DNA of 64,000 nt, from the IMG/VR virus record IMGVR_UViG_3300047356_001345; one strand, given 5' to 3'. The position numbers and the translations under genes are program-made. The DNA is from an uncultured virus (IMG/VR IMGVR_UViG_3300047356_001345) (lineage: Duplodnaviria; Heunggongvirae; Uroviricota; Caudoviricetes). Positions 52,463-60,348 of the stretch are shown here, one piece after another; the stretch's first letter is position 1; each line of letters opens with the position of its first letter. The notes beneath the pieces were generated by a model. The model saw only the letters and a program-made list of their open reading frames with translations. It was not told the origin of the DNA and made no database searches.

Positions 52463-53216
52463 TTACATTGTCACAGTTGATATTGAATATAACAAAGAAT
52501 ATTTGCACGAATGTTGTCAAAGCATAACCCACTGGCCTTTATACTCAAATGATAGAGGTAAAACTTTATTCAGTGAACACAAAGATATAGTATTTCCTTT
52601 AAATGTAGAAGCAATAAAAATAAAAAATAAATTATTACACACAAGCACATACAGCTTTAGTTATATACCACCGGGGCACGAAACAGGATGGCACAGTGAT
52701 TTTACTAGGGGCGCCACATTAATCTTACCAATAGATCCTAATCCGCACTTGATTAAATTTAAAATTGACGAGAAAGAAGTAGATTATTATTATAGTACAC
52801 CGGTTATCACAAATGCAGACAGTATACACAACGGTGTAAATTATACCGATCAACCTAGGTACAATTTGTTGTTTCATATTGACAGGACTTATAGCGATAT
52901 GATAGATATAATTAGCAACGATGATTTGATATCAAAGTGGAAACAAGATTATAATATTGGACAAGATTATAATAATGATATGGTGCAAAAGTTTTTTGAC
53001 ACACACGATAATTTAGACGATGCTACTATAATTATTACAGACAAAAATCACATTGCTGATTTGCATAGAGATAAATTTATAATCTTTATTGGCAATAATG
53101 AAAATTACACCTGTATTGACTTGAAACAAAATGTCAACGATAAAGATATTGTAAACGCAATAAAATATATTTTAGATAGTACGTGTAATATTAAAAAAAT
53201 GGTATTAGGAAAATGA
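52455..53216 (+). CDS. 2OG-Fe(II) oxygenase-like protein with extra C-terminal domain
   Basis: WHSD...LILP...IHNGVN...RYNL; C-terminal DIVNAIKYILD resembles the last helix of the neighbouring SDRs. Confidence 0.6.
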   Translation: MDDYIVTVDIEYNKEYLHECCQSITHWPLYSNDRGKTLFSEHKDIVFPLNVEAIKIKNKLLHTSTYSFSYIPPGHETGWHSDFTRGATLILPIDPNPHLIKFKIDEKEVDYYYSTPVITNADSIHNGVNYTDQPRYNLLFHIDRTYSDMIDIISNDDLISKWKQDYNIGQDYNNDMVQKFFDTHDNLDDATIIITDKNHIADLHRDKFIIFIGNNENYTCIDLKQNVNDKDIVNAIKYILDSTCNIKKMVLGK

Positions 53217-53755
53217 GTAATTATGTTTTCTTAAAAGAACTATATGTGGACTATGATGAGATTAAAGCCGTGGTTGATGACAAGTCAGGATGGGTAGAAA
53301 TAGCACCAGAAGAAGAAAATAGAGGATATGTACAGTATTACAAGCAATATGAACCTCAATGGTTAAAAGATCAATTATTGCCAATCTGGAGTTATATGGG
53401 ATTATTAGTTGCCTGTAGAGCAGGAGAGTATTTGCCACCTCACGTTGACAATGGCAGAACCTGTGCAATTTTAATTCCTTGCAGCGAAAGTTATAAAAAC
53501 AATACACTGGATTTTTATCATATGCCAGATTGGAAAGGATCTGAAGGTGACTGGCAAGACTGGAAACAAAAACACAATGGTTCTATTATTGAAAGTGTAA
53601 TGTACAAAGATCCTATTCTTTTTAAAAATATTCCTCACGGGGTGGATAATACAAAAAGCAAACATCCTAGAATAAATTTTAGTGTGTGTTTTATGCCTCC
53701 TTACACTTTTGACGTAGTAAAAGATTTGTATGATAAAGGAAATTTAATTGTATAA
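53213..53755 (+). CDS. 2OG-Fe(II) oxygenase-like protein
   Basis: PPHVD...AILIP...PHGVDN...RINFS. Confidence 0.65.
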   Translation: MSNYVFLKELYVDYDEIKAVVDDKSGWVEIAPEEENRGYVQYYKQYEPQWLKDQLLPIWSYMGLLVACRAGEYLPPHVDNGRTCAILIPCSESYKNNTLDFYHMPDWKGSEGDWQDWKQKHNGSIIESVMYKDPILFKNIPHGVDNTKSKHPRINFSVCFMPPYTFDVVKDLYDKGNLIV

Positions 53756-54506
53756 ATTACTTAACGGTCCTCTTGCTGAAAATTATAATAGAAATTTACT
53801 TCCTGATTATCTTAGTATTCAAGAAAGAACTGATTATGAGAAAAATAAAACACAATTAGGATCACAATGGAATTATTATGATAAAGAAGTTTCTTACAAG
53901 TTAAATTCTAACTTTTATAGAGATGCCGAATGGAATGACATAAATTGGGAAGACTCTATTGTGATTTTTGGTTGTAGTCAAGTCTTTGGAGAAGCTTTAG
54001 CTATTGAAGAAACTATTTGCCAGCAATTGAGTGATATTGTAAAAAGACCTGTAATAAATCTTGGACAAAGCGGCACCAGCACAATTTTTAGTTGGCATAA
54101 TAGTCTTAAATTTTTTGAAAATTTTGGAATTCCGCATACTGTGATACAATTATGGACAGATTATGGTAGATTATTATATTACGCCGATGATAAAATTAAT
54201 CGTATAGGACCTTGGTCTGGCAGTCATTGGGATAATTACAACAATGATATGAAAGTTTTGTATAAAATATGGAATAAAAATCTTGTTCATTCTCAACAAT
54301 TTTTTAAATTTGAAGCATTAGCTTGTGAACACTTTTGGAGTTCTAAAACAAATTATTATCAAGCAAGTTATTTTGAAGAAACTGCAAATCTTTTAAAGTG
54401 TGATTTTTTTCCTAAATTAGATGATGCAAGAGATTTTTTACATTTTGGAAAGTTAACACACAAAAATGCAGCAGAGGTTATAAATGAAAATTGCAATTTA
54501 CGGTGA
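53748..54506 (+). CDS. SGNH/GDSL-like hydrolase or acyltransferase
   Basis: IFGCSQVFG (block I), INLGQSG (block II), DFLH (block V, DxxH). Confidence 0.6.
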   Translation: MYKLLNGPLAENYNRNLLPDYLSIQERTDYEKNKTQLGSQWNYYDKEVSYKLNSNFYRDAEWNDINWEDSIVIFGCSQVFGEALAIEETICQQLSDIVKRPVINLGQSGTSTIFSWHNSLKFFENFGIPHTVIQLWTDYGRLLYYADDKINRIGPWSGSHWDNYNNDMKVLYKIWNKNLVHSQQFFKFEALACEHFWSSKTNYYQASYFEETANLLKCDFFPKLDDARDFLHFGKLTHKNAAEVINENCNLR

Positions 54507-55167
54507 TAGTTTTGGTGCAAACCCTATAGGTGTAAAAGACTATTCACAATATCCTTTTGTAAAGCAAAGTTGGTGGGAATTACTTTCTGAAAAATATGAC
54601 ATAACAAACTTTTGTGAATGGAGTGCTAGTCTTTTATTTTCTGCAGAACAGTTTACAAAAACACACGAGAGATTTGATAAAATTATTTTTTTAGTCACGC
54701 ATCCTAGAAGAATAACAATTAAAGATACTAATAAGACTAGACACTTTGTAAACTATGAGTATAGCACATTTTGGAAAGAAGATGCTGCAAAACAAGGATG
54801 GAATGATATATTAGATGCTGCTTTATATTATTACAAGTATATTGAAAACACAGAATATTCAAATTTCCAACACATTTCATATCTCAACTACATAAAAAAC
54901 TTACGTAAAGATATTTTGTATATTCCGGGTTTTAAAGACAGTTTTGATAACAATTTTTGCTTGTGTGATGTTTTTGACAAAGAACAAAAATATTGGAAAA
55001 CAGATTATAATATAGGAAAACTAGATCTAAGAAAAGGACACTTTACAAATTCAAACCATAAAATTATGTACAACATATTGGATAATTATATAGAATATAA
55101 TAAATTTGATATAGATTTGTCTATGTTTGTTAATCCTGATTTGCCAAAAAGAAAGTATATAATATGA
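54484..55167 (+). CDS. SGNH/GDSL-like protein
   Basis: IAIYGDSFG, C-terminal GHFTNSNH. Confidence 0.55.
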   Translation: MKIAIYGDSFGANPIGVKDYSQYPFVKQSWWELLSEKYDITNFCEWSASLLFSAEQFTKTHERFDKIIFLVTHPRRITIKDTNKTRHFVNYEYSTFWKEDAAKQGWNDILDAALYYYKYIENTEYSNFQHISYLNYIKNLRKDILYIPGFKDSFDNNFCLCDVFDKEQKYWKTDYNIGKLDLRKGHFTNSNHKIMYNILDNYIEYNKFDIDLSMFVNPDLPKRKYII

Positions 55168-56000
55168 CGGTGTACAGTTTTTGTCCTAAACCAATAAAAG
55201 ACGAATTAAAAAAAATTAATCTTGTTAATAAAGGTTCTGGTACAGACGTTTCTTTATATAAAAAACATTGGATGGACTGGATAAAAAATTTTAGTGGCTG
55301 CGAAAATAAAAAAGAGTGGGCAATGTGTAATGGTATACACGAGGCACTAACTCATCAATGTGCTCACATACACAGTAAATATGATCAATTTTATTATTTT
55401 GATACAGATTATAAATTTTATTACAGTATACTAGATCCATATAAAAACTATTGTATATCTCCAACTGATATAGATAATATCTTGCCAAATAGTTACATAT
55501 TAGTAAGTCAGCCTAATCACGAAGGCGGTATTACTAATTGGTTTAGTAATTTAATAAATCATTGTATAACTAATAATTGTAAAATATTTTTAGATTGTGC
55601 TTTTTATGGATGCACACTTGATACTTTAGATACTAGTTTAGATGTGTTTGATGCAGTTGCATTTAGTTTAAGTAAAAATTTCTTAATGGCCGGTTTTAGA
55701 GCAGGTATTGTATTTTCCGATAGCCTTCCACAAACTCTAACTTTACCAATAGGGCAATACTATAGTTACAATTATTTTAATACAACAGCATCAGAAGTTG
55801 TAAAAACTATACTTCCTAAGTTTCGTGCAACATACATTACAGAAATAGCAAAACCCTTACAAGAAAAATATTGTAATGATAACAATTTAATACCTGCTGA
55901 TATTTGGATGTGGGCATTTAATAGCGTAGGTGAAAAAATTTGTATAACAGATTACATTAAGGATTCTATAGAACAGCAGCTTTTACTGAATCGTCTATAG
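55164..56000 (+). CDS. PLP-dependent fold-type-I enzyme (aminotransferase/decarboxylase-like)
   Basis: SQPN, LDCAFYG, FSLSKNF (Schiff-base Lys), RAG. Confidence 0.7.
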   Translation: MTVYSFCPKPIKDELKKINLVNKGSGTDVSLYKKHWMDWIKNFSGCENKKEWAMCNGIHEALTHQCAHIHSKYDQFYYFDTDYKFYYSILDPYKNYCISPTDIDNILPNSYILVSQPNHEGGITNWFSNLINHCITNNCKIFLDCAFYGCTLDTLDTSLDVFDAVAFSLSKNFLMAGFRAGIVFSDSLPQTLTLPIGQYYSYNYFNTTASEVVKTILPKFRATYITEIAKPLQEKYCNDNNLIPADIWMWAFNSVGEKICITDYIKDSIEQQLLLNRL

Positions 56001-56625
56001 TGCCATTATGCATACAGTACAAAATAGTTTTGTAATCTGGTCGCCATACATAATTTTCATCTAATATGTTTGCATATACATATTGTAAAAAGTTAGATTT
56101 TTCACTTACTTTAAAAATCATATCAGGTTGTAATTTAAATGCACGGTAAGTATCGGTCATAAAATACGGAACAGATTCGCCTCGCATACCCATACGTTTT
56201 TTACCTTGATACATTGCATTTAATGCTTTGTTGTTTACATCGTGTGTCCAGTATAATACTTTTAGTCCATTGTCCTTTGCCCATTGTACTTGATTTGGCA
56301 ACATACGAAACCCAGCATTACTATGCCTAAACTTTTTTAAAATATGATATCTACAAATACGTCCTGCAATTTTTGGATCTCCTGTGTAATGACTACGTTC
56401 GACGACACTTACACTTGCAAGCTCGTCCTCTACAAATGTCATCCAAGTTTGTCCATTTACTGTGTCAGGGTCGTATTTGTCGCCGGCAAGTGCTTCATTG
56501 CCGTCACGTTTAGCTAACATCCTAAATTTTTCAATTATATCTCTATCAGATGGATTGTATTCTCTAACGTTTATGTTTTCGTACACTTTTATTTCCAAAT
56601 TTACATCTGTTTCTACATTTGACAT
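55966..56625 (-). CDS. GNAT-family acetyltransferase-like protein (likely start MSNVETD at 56625)
   Basis: RYHILKKFRHSNAG (motif A-like), NKALNAMY (motif B-like); a promoter places +1 at about 56625. Confidence 0.6.
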   Translation of the reverse strand: MSNVETDVNLEIKVYENINVREYNPSDRDIIEKFRMLAKRDGNEALAGDKYDPDTVNGQTWMTFVEDELASVSVVERSHYTGDPKIAGRICRYHILKKFRHSNAGFRMLPNQVQWAKDNGLKVLYWTHDVNNKALNAMYQGKKRMGMRGESVPYFMTDTYRAFKLQPDMIFKVSEKSNFLQYVYANILDENYVWRPDYKTILYCMHNGTIDDSVKAAVL

Positions 56626-56630
56626 ATGCC

Positions 56631-56659
56631 ATAATAACATATATTTAACCAAACGTCAA
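56631..56659 (-). promoter_or_regulatory. Sigma70-type promoter with extended -10, leaderless spacing
   Basis: TTGACG-17 nt-TATTAT with TGn, 5 nt, then ATG 56625. Confidence 0.7.
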
Positions 56660-56670
56660 CTAAATATTTT

Positions 56671-57732
56671 ATGAATTATCCTATTCCTGATACCATATTA
56701 GCAGATGGTTTGAGTTATAACCGAGATTGGTTAGACAGTTTACAGTTTTTAAAAAAATATGTTTGTAAATCTCTTAATGATTTTTGGGAACACGATGGTG
56801 ATATGTTTTGTGAATTAACATCAGATGAATTAAAAAGAGCCAAAGAAACTAAATTAATTTTAGATTGTAGTTGGATAAGTTTTGGCATAGAAAAACTATA
56901 TGAAATAATTCATAACGACTGTATAAAGTATGAGGTGCCTGAATTAAATGTTATACTTTTAACGGCAAATCTAAATAAAGAATACGAAAATTATACTAAT
57001 TGGTTTAACCGTAACTTGTATAAAAACAAAATTAAAACTTATCCATTTCCTGTTTTTATACAAATGGCGCAATCTATCAATAGCAGTGTTGTTGTATCAA
57101 AAATTAAGTATGATAAATTTGCTACTTTTAGTAGGTTTCCAAGAGAGTATCGTAATGTTATGAATTACGAATTAGTTTCTAGGCAACTTCCTGTAGATTT
57201 AAGTCAATCTAAAATTGACGATATAACTATGCAAGAACAATGTAAAAAATACAAAATAGATTATACACATAATGTGTTAAACAAAGATTTTGTAATGGAT
57301 AGAAAAGATTTTACAAATCATAGCCAAGCAATAAAATGGACAGAAAGTTCTAGTAATTTTTTGTCTGAATATAAATTTATTTTAGTACAAGATACTAGCA
57401 TTGATGATTTTGGTTTTTATATTACAGAAAAAGTATGGAAAAGTATGTTATATGAACGTCCTATAATAATTTGGGGGCAGCCTGGTGTTAATCACTACTT
57501 AAAAGAAATGGGATTTAAATTGTATGACAAATATTTTGATTTGCAATTTGACATTGAAAAAGATCACAGTGTAAGATTACAATTACTACTAAAAGAAATA
57601 ACAAGTGCTTGCGAAAGGATGAAACAAAATAATTGGATAGAGTTGGATGTAGATACATTGAGATATAATAAAGAATACTTACTATCTAAAAAATCACTAT
57701 ACAAATGGATAGAGCCTTTAAAATTTATTTAA
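56671..57732 (+). CDS. Glycosyltransferase-like protein, paralogue of 29931
   Basis: FSRFPREYR...YITEKVWK...PIIIWGQPG...MGFKLY...FD. Confidence 0.5.
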   Translation: MNYPIPDTILADGLSYNRDWLDSLQFLKKYVCKSLNDFWEHDGDMFCELTSDELKRAKETKLILDCSWISFGIEKLYEIIHNDCIKYEVPELNVILLTANLNKEYENYTNWFNRNLYKNKIKTYPFPVFIQMAQSINSSVVVSKIKYDKFATFSRFPREYRNVMNYELVSRQLPVDLSQSKIDDITMQEQCKKYKIDYTHNVLNKDFVMDRKDFTNHSQAIKWTESSSNFLSEYKFILVQDTSIDDFGFYITEKVWKSMLYERPIIIWGQPGVNHYLKEMGFKLYDKYFDLQFDIEKDHSVRLQLLLKEITSACERMKQNNWIELDVDTLRYNKEYLLSKKSLYKWIEPLKFI

Positions 57733-58356
57733 ATAATAATTGTAGCCTTTCCACGTGCCTATATCTATCATTTTTCCTTTAGTTACTGTTTGAAACTTTT
57801 GTTCATTTAGCCAACAACCTATTTCTTTTGTTATTTTATTTTGTAAAGATGTTTTGGTAAATTTAATTGTACCCCAACCTGTATTACTATTTGTTTGCTT
57901 TTTTAAAGCTTTAACATCAAACTCTCCGTTATTCAAAAGACGGTCGGCCTTTGTAAAGTTTGGAATGTCATACATTCCGCAAACCACAATATCTTTTATT
58001 AGTAAATCTTTATAATGTGTAGCGGTGGTAATAGTATCAGGTAAGCAAAAAATAAAATCTTTGGCAGGAAAATTTTCAAATACATTATTAATAAATCTAT
58101 TACCGCCGTCACTAGGACCTTTTTGTTCTAATAAATGACAAAAAATATTATTTTGATAATATGCAAGTATATCTTGTTTAAAGACACAACCGTGTCCAAA
58201 AATAATTTTATCTACACCAGTATTGATTAAATTTTGGACACAATGATTTATCACAGGATTGTAGTAATCAAACCCTTTTTGTGGAAGCATTGCTTTACTG
58301 TAAGGAATGTTTAATCTAGTTGCATCACCGCCAACAGGCACAAGTCCAATTATCAT
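57718..58356 (-). CDS. Sugar-phosphate nucleotidyltransferase-like protein
   Basis: LVPVGGDATRL...SKAMLP (GGxGTRL...PK-like), LPD, IDIGT. Confidence 0.7.
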   Translation of the reverse strand: MIIGLVPVGGDATRLNIPYSKAMLPQKGFDYYNPVINHCVQNLINTGVDKIIFGHGCVFKQDILAYYQNNIFCHLLEQKGPSDGGNRFINNVFENFPAKDFIFCLPDTITTATHYKDLLIKDIVVCGMYDIPNFTKADRLLNNGEFDVKALKKQTNSNTGWGTIKFTKTSLQNKITKEIGCWLNEQKFQTVTKGKMIDIGTWKGYNYYLNKF

Positions 58357-58964
58357 AAATGTTCTAAATCGCCAGTTCCGTCTAAACTAAACATTAATGC
58401 AATACGAGGCTTATCGCTGTTATTGTAAACAGCGTGAGGATAACCAATGTTTAAAAAGTATGCATTACCTGCTTCTAACACGTATTCTTCTACTTCGCCA
58501 TTACGTTTAAATTTATTAATTACCATATTATCACTATAAATGGGGCATATGCAGCGCACAGCGTACCCTACATCGTAGTCTACGTGAAAAGGTATCTCTT
58601 TACCCGGAGCAAGTTTAGTGATGCGTACACGGCTTGCAGGCGCTTTACATTGTTCTACAATAGTTTGGATATAACTGTCATTGTAAGCATCTGTTGGTAC
58701 ATTGTACAAGTGTTCTTCTCTACGCTGTAAACGCTTTTTAATACTAGGTTCATACGGCAGTATTTCACTTGGTTCTGTAAGATTAATTTGTTCAAAGTTG
58801 TCATAAACATCTTTAACTAATTCTTCGTGATTCATACAAAGCATAGGGTTAGCACTTCTTACATCAATAAACTTTTCTGCAAGGTTATCACATTCCATTT
58901 GCAATCTCGGCAAATCAATATCCAAACCTAAATTGGCAATTGTCGGTAAATCGTGTTTCTTCAT
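58353..58964 (-). CDS. Asp/Asn beta-hydroxylase-like oxygenase (likely start 58964, ATGA overlap)
   Basis: RVRITKLAPG...FHVD...PHAVYN...RIALM. Confidence 0.78.
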   Translation of the reverse strand: MKKHDLPTIANLGLDIDLPRLQMECDNLAEKFIDVRSANPMLCMNHEELVKDVYDNFEQINLTEPSEILPYEPSIKKRLQRREEHLYNVPTDAYNDSYIQTIVEQCKAPASRVRITKLAPGKEIPFHVDYDVGYAVRCICPIYSDNMVINKFKRNGEVEEYVLEAGNAYFLNIGYPHAVYNNSDKPRIALMFSLDGTGDLEHL

Positions 58965-59716
58965 TTTATACTTTCTGCAAGGCATATTCTTGCTGTTTTT
59001 CCATCACGCATAAATTTTGCGTATTCTTTATTTTTAGTTGTAGCAAGCCACACACTATCGCTTGGTACAAAATCTAATTCTTCACAAATTGCTTTTTGTT
59101 TATTATATAACTTACTATGTATATAGTCAATATCAAAATTACTTATTACATTTTCTGCTATATTGTGCGCATAATAATTATAATATTTTGCACTGTGTGT
59201 TAATGATTCTAATCTTTCATCCGGAGTTTTTGTAAATATCCAACCTGTTCGGACATTGCGTAAACCGAACGCTTTTGACAAACTAAAGAAAACATACTCA
59301 ACATTGTCTAATTTGCGTATATGTTGTATCTTAGTGCTTCCAACATACGCTATATCTAGTGCTATTGGAACATCAATTGGTAATTCTCTATAATTTCCGT
59401 TAATTGCACTAGGGACGCTCAAGTATACTATCTTGCCATATCGATCGGTCGGTTTAATCCACTGATAATCACCTTGTTCCATATGTACACCTCTGTACTC
59501 CTGATTATACCACCAGTTCAGTCCTTCTGTACATCCGTTCATAGGATATACACTATATCCTTCTAAATTTATAATGGGACGTAACCATTTGATTATATCT
59601 GTTTTGTAAGGAGAGATACTGTGTAAATCCAAAGTAACAGAATTCACAACTTTTTCTACTTCTGGCAGGACTGGAGTTCTAATTGCTAAACTTTGTTTAA
59701 GTAAAAAATCTTTCAA
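58961..59716 (-). CDS. PLP-dependent fold-type-I enzyme, paralogue of 55164
   Basis: NGCTEG, LDIAYVG, FSLSKAFG...RTG. Confidence 0.7.
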   Translation of the reverse strand: MKDFLLKQSLAIRTPVLPEVEKVVNSVTLDLHSISPYKTDIIKWLRPIINLEGYSVYPMNGCTEGLNWWYNQEYRGVHMEQGDYQWIKPTDRYGKIVYLSVPSAINGNYRELPIDVPIALDIAYVGSTKIQHIRKLDNVEYVFFSLSKAFGLRNVRTGWIFTKTPDERLESLTHSAKYYNYYAHNIAENVISNFDIDYIHSKLYNKQKAICEELDFVPSDSVWLATTKNKEYAKFMRDGKTARICLAESIK

Positions 59717-60314
59717 TAACTACTCCTGCTATATCGTATTTGTGTAATTTATATGATTTCGGTTGCTTATGATGGTTTAAATGCCATCCTTCGCCTGGTG
59801 CAATTAAATTAAGCACAGGAATATTTTGCGGTTCTCCGTCTTTGTGGGCAAAATAATTCAACATTCCGAAGCCCAGCCAAGATAAAACAAACGGAACAAA
59901 AACAATTACAAAAAATAATTTTACACTTATAATAATTGTAATAAGTGTAATTAATAAGTGTAAATATTTTCCGTTTTTATGAAACCAAACTATACGTGGA
60001 TTTTTTAATAAATTAGTAATATATTTACGAGGTATATATTCTACTTTCCAATTACTAGTCAAAACTTTCCAAGCACCTTGATATTTTGGGCTATGCGGAT
60101 CTAGCAAAGTATCTGATTTTGCGTGATGCATTCGATGAACAGCAGCCCAAGTTAATGCACTACGACCGCCGCAGATTAATCCTAAAACTAACATTATTAT
60201 TTCTACAATACTATTTGTTTTAAATGTATTGTGTGTAAAGTATCTATGATATCCTATACTTATTCCTACTAACGCCGCAAACAAATACCATATATATCCG
60301 TAAATAAAGACCAT
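59697..60314 (-). CDS. Membrane fatty-acid desaturase (delta-9 type)
   Basis: Three His boxes HRYFTH, HRMHH and HLNHH, plus DPHSP and hydrophobic segments. Confidence 0.88.
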   Translation of the reverse strand: MVFIYGYIWYLFAALVGISIGYHRYFTHNTFKTNSIVEIIMLVLGLICGGRSALTWAAVHRMHHAKSDTLLDPHSPKYQGAWKVLTSNWKVEYIPRKYITNLLKNPRIVWFHKNGKYLHLLITLITIIISVKLFFVIVFVPFVLSWLGFGMLNYFAHKDGEPQNIPVLNLIAPGEGWHLNHHKQPKSYKLHKYDIAGVVIERFFT

Positions 60315-60319
60315 AATAA

Positions 60320-60348
60320 ATTATAACACTATTTTAGTTATATGTCAA
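60320..60348 (-). promoter_or_regulatory. Consensus sigma70 promoter with extended -10, leaderless spacing
   Basis: TTGACA-17 nt-TATAAT with TGn, 5 nt, then ATG 60314. Confidence 0.85.

Noticed and set aside
56619..56647. Plus-strand TTGACA as a promoter for 56671
   Set aside because: The 17-nt-spaced hexamer is TATTTA, lacking the conserved final T; TAAATA at 56661 explains this gene better.
20126..60314. Interpretation as a classical RiPP cluster (radical SAM/SPASM + S8 protease + nitroreductase)
   Set aside because: No convincing precursor array, RRE/PqqD domain, YcaO or transporter; glycan-type enzymes dominate. Not excluded, but unsupported.
20126..60314. Island as a captured bacterial LPS/capsule locus or assembly chimera
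   Set aside because: No flippase, polymerase or export genes; it shares promoter motifs and apparent CATG avoidance with the flanking phage genes and contains an embedded fibre gene.
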